Origin: Dictyostelium discoideum
Lineage: Eukaryota
Direction of reading: 5' to 3'
NCBI GenBank assembly: GCA_000004695.1
Contig: CM000152.2
Coordinates: 608,001-672,000, forward strand
Length of the DNA stretch: 64,000 nucleotides
Positions 63,962 through 64,000 of the stretch are shown in pieces. A program made the translations under genes and the position numbers. Every line of letters starts with the position of its first letter. Positions within the stretch are counted from its first letter, which is position 1. The notes under the pieces were generated by a model that was given only the letters and a program-made list of their open reading frames with translations, was not told the origin of the DNA and did no database searches.

Positions 63962-64000
<39 letters not shown>

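Overview
This window is AT-rich eukaryotic nuclear DNA that looks like Dictyostelium discoideum, not prokaryotic DNA. Overall GC is very low, (AAT)n tracts encode poly-Asn, and introns are short, AT-rich GTAAGT/GTATGT...AG introns of about 80-230 nt. The supplied ORF track uses bacterial start codons (TTG and GTG are printed as M) and ignores splicing, so I rebuilt gene models by hand from splice signals, reading-frame continuity and protein-family motifs. All coordinates are hand-counted and may be off by 1 nt.

Coding genes found, in order along the window:
- C-terminal fragment of an EF-hand light-chain-like protein (1..249, +).
- Cofilin, with a probable ATG-only first exon (-).
- Two tandem microbial-type terpene synthase paralogs, each with DDxxD and NSE/DTE motifs (-).
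- An alpha/beta-hydrolase with a GWSYGG motif (-).
- A trifunctional folate-pathway enzyme, FolB-FolK-FolP, whose single intron is pure (AAT)n (-).
- Coatomer beta-prime, six exons (-).
- A divergent pair of paralogous small basic ORFs of unknown identity (- and +).
- A frizzled/smoothened-like 7TM receptor, seven exons (+).
- A 1409-aa Asn-rich orphan ORF (+).
- Isoleucyl-tRNA synthetase with a 10-nt first exon, sharing a roughly 300-bp divergent promoter with a TatD-family DNase (- and +).
- An ML/Npc2-like lipid-binding protein (+).
- A calcineurin-like metallophosphoesterase (-).
- An S28 serine carboxypeptidase with a possible GPI-anchor tail (+).
- A 5-exon unknown protein of about 1150 aa (+).
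- A decayed polyketide-synthase pseudogene remnant (KS-AT-DH-ER-KR) whose 3' end runs into a perfect 64-bp palindrome (-).
- Two head-to-tail GH38 alpha-mannosidase genes from a recent tandem duplication with a 4.45 kb period (-).
- A piggyBac-transposase-derived gene that appears to have lost the second catalytic Asp (+).
- A 3-exon myotubularin phosphatase (-).

I found no rRNA, tRNA or CRISPR array. The 15.4-17.2 kb and 32.7-36.2 kb intervals are AT-rich gene deserts containing microsatellites.
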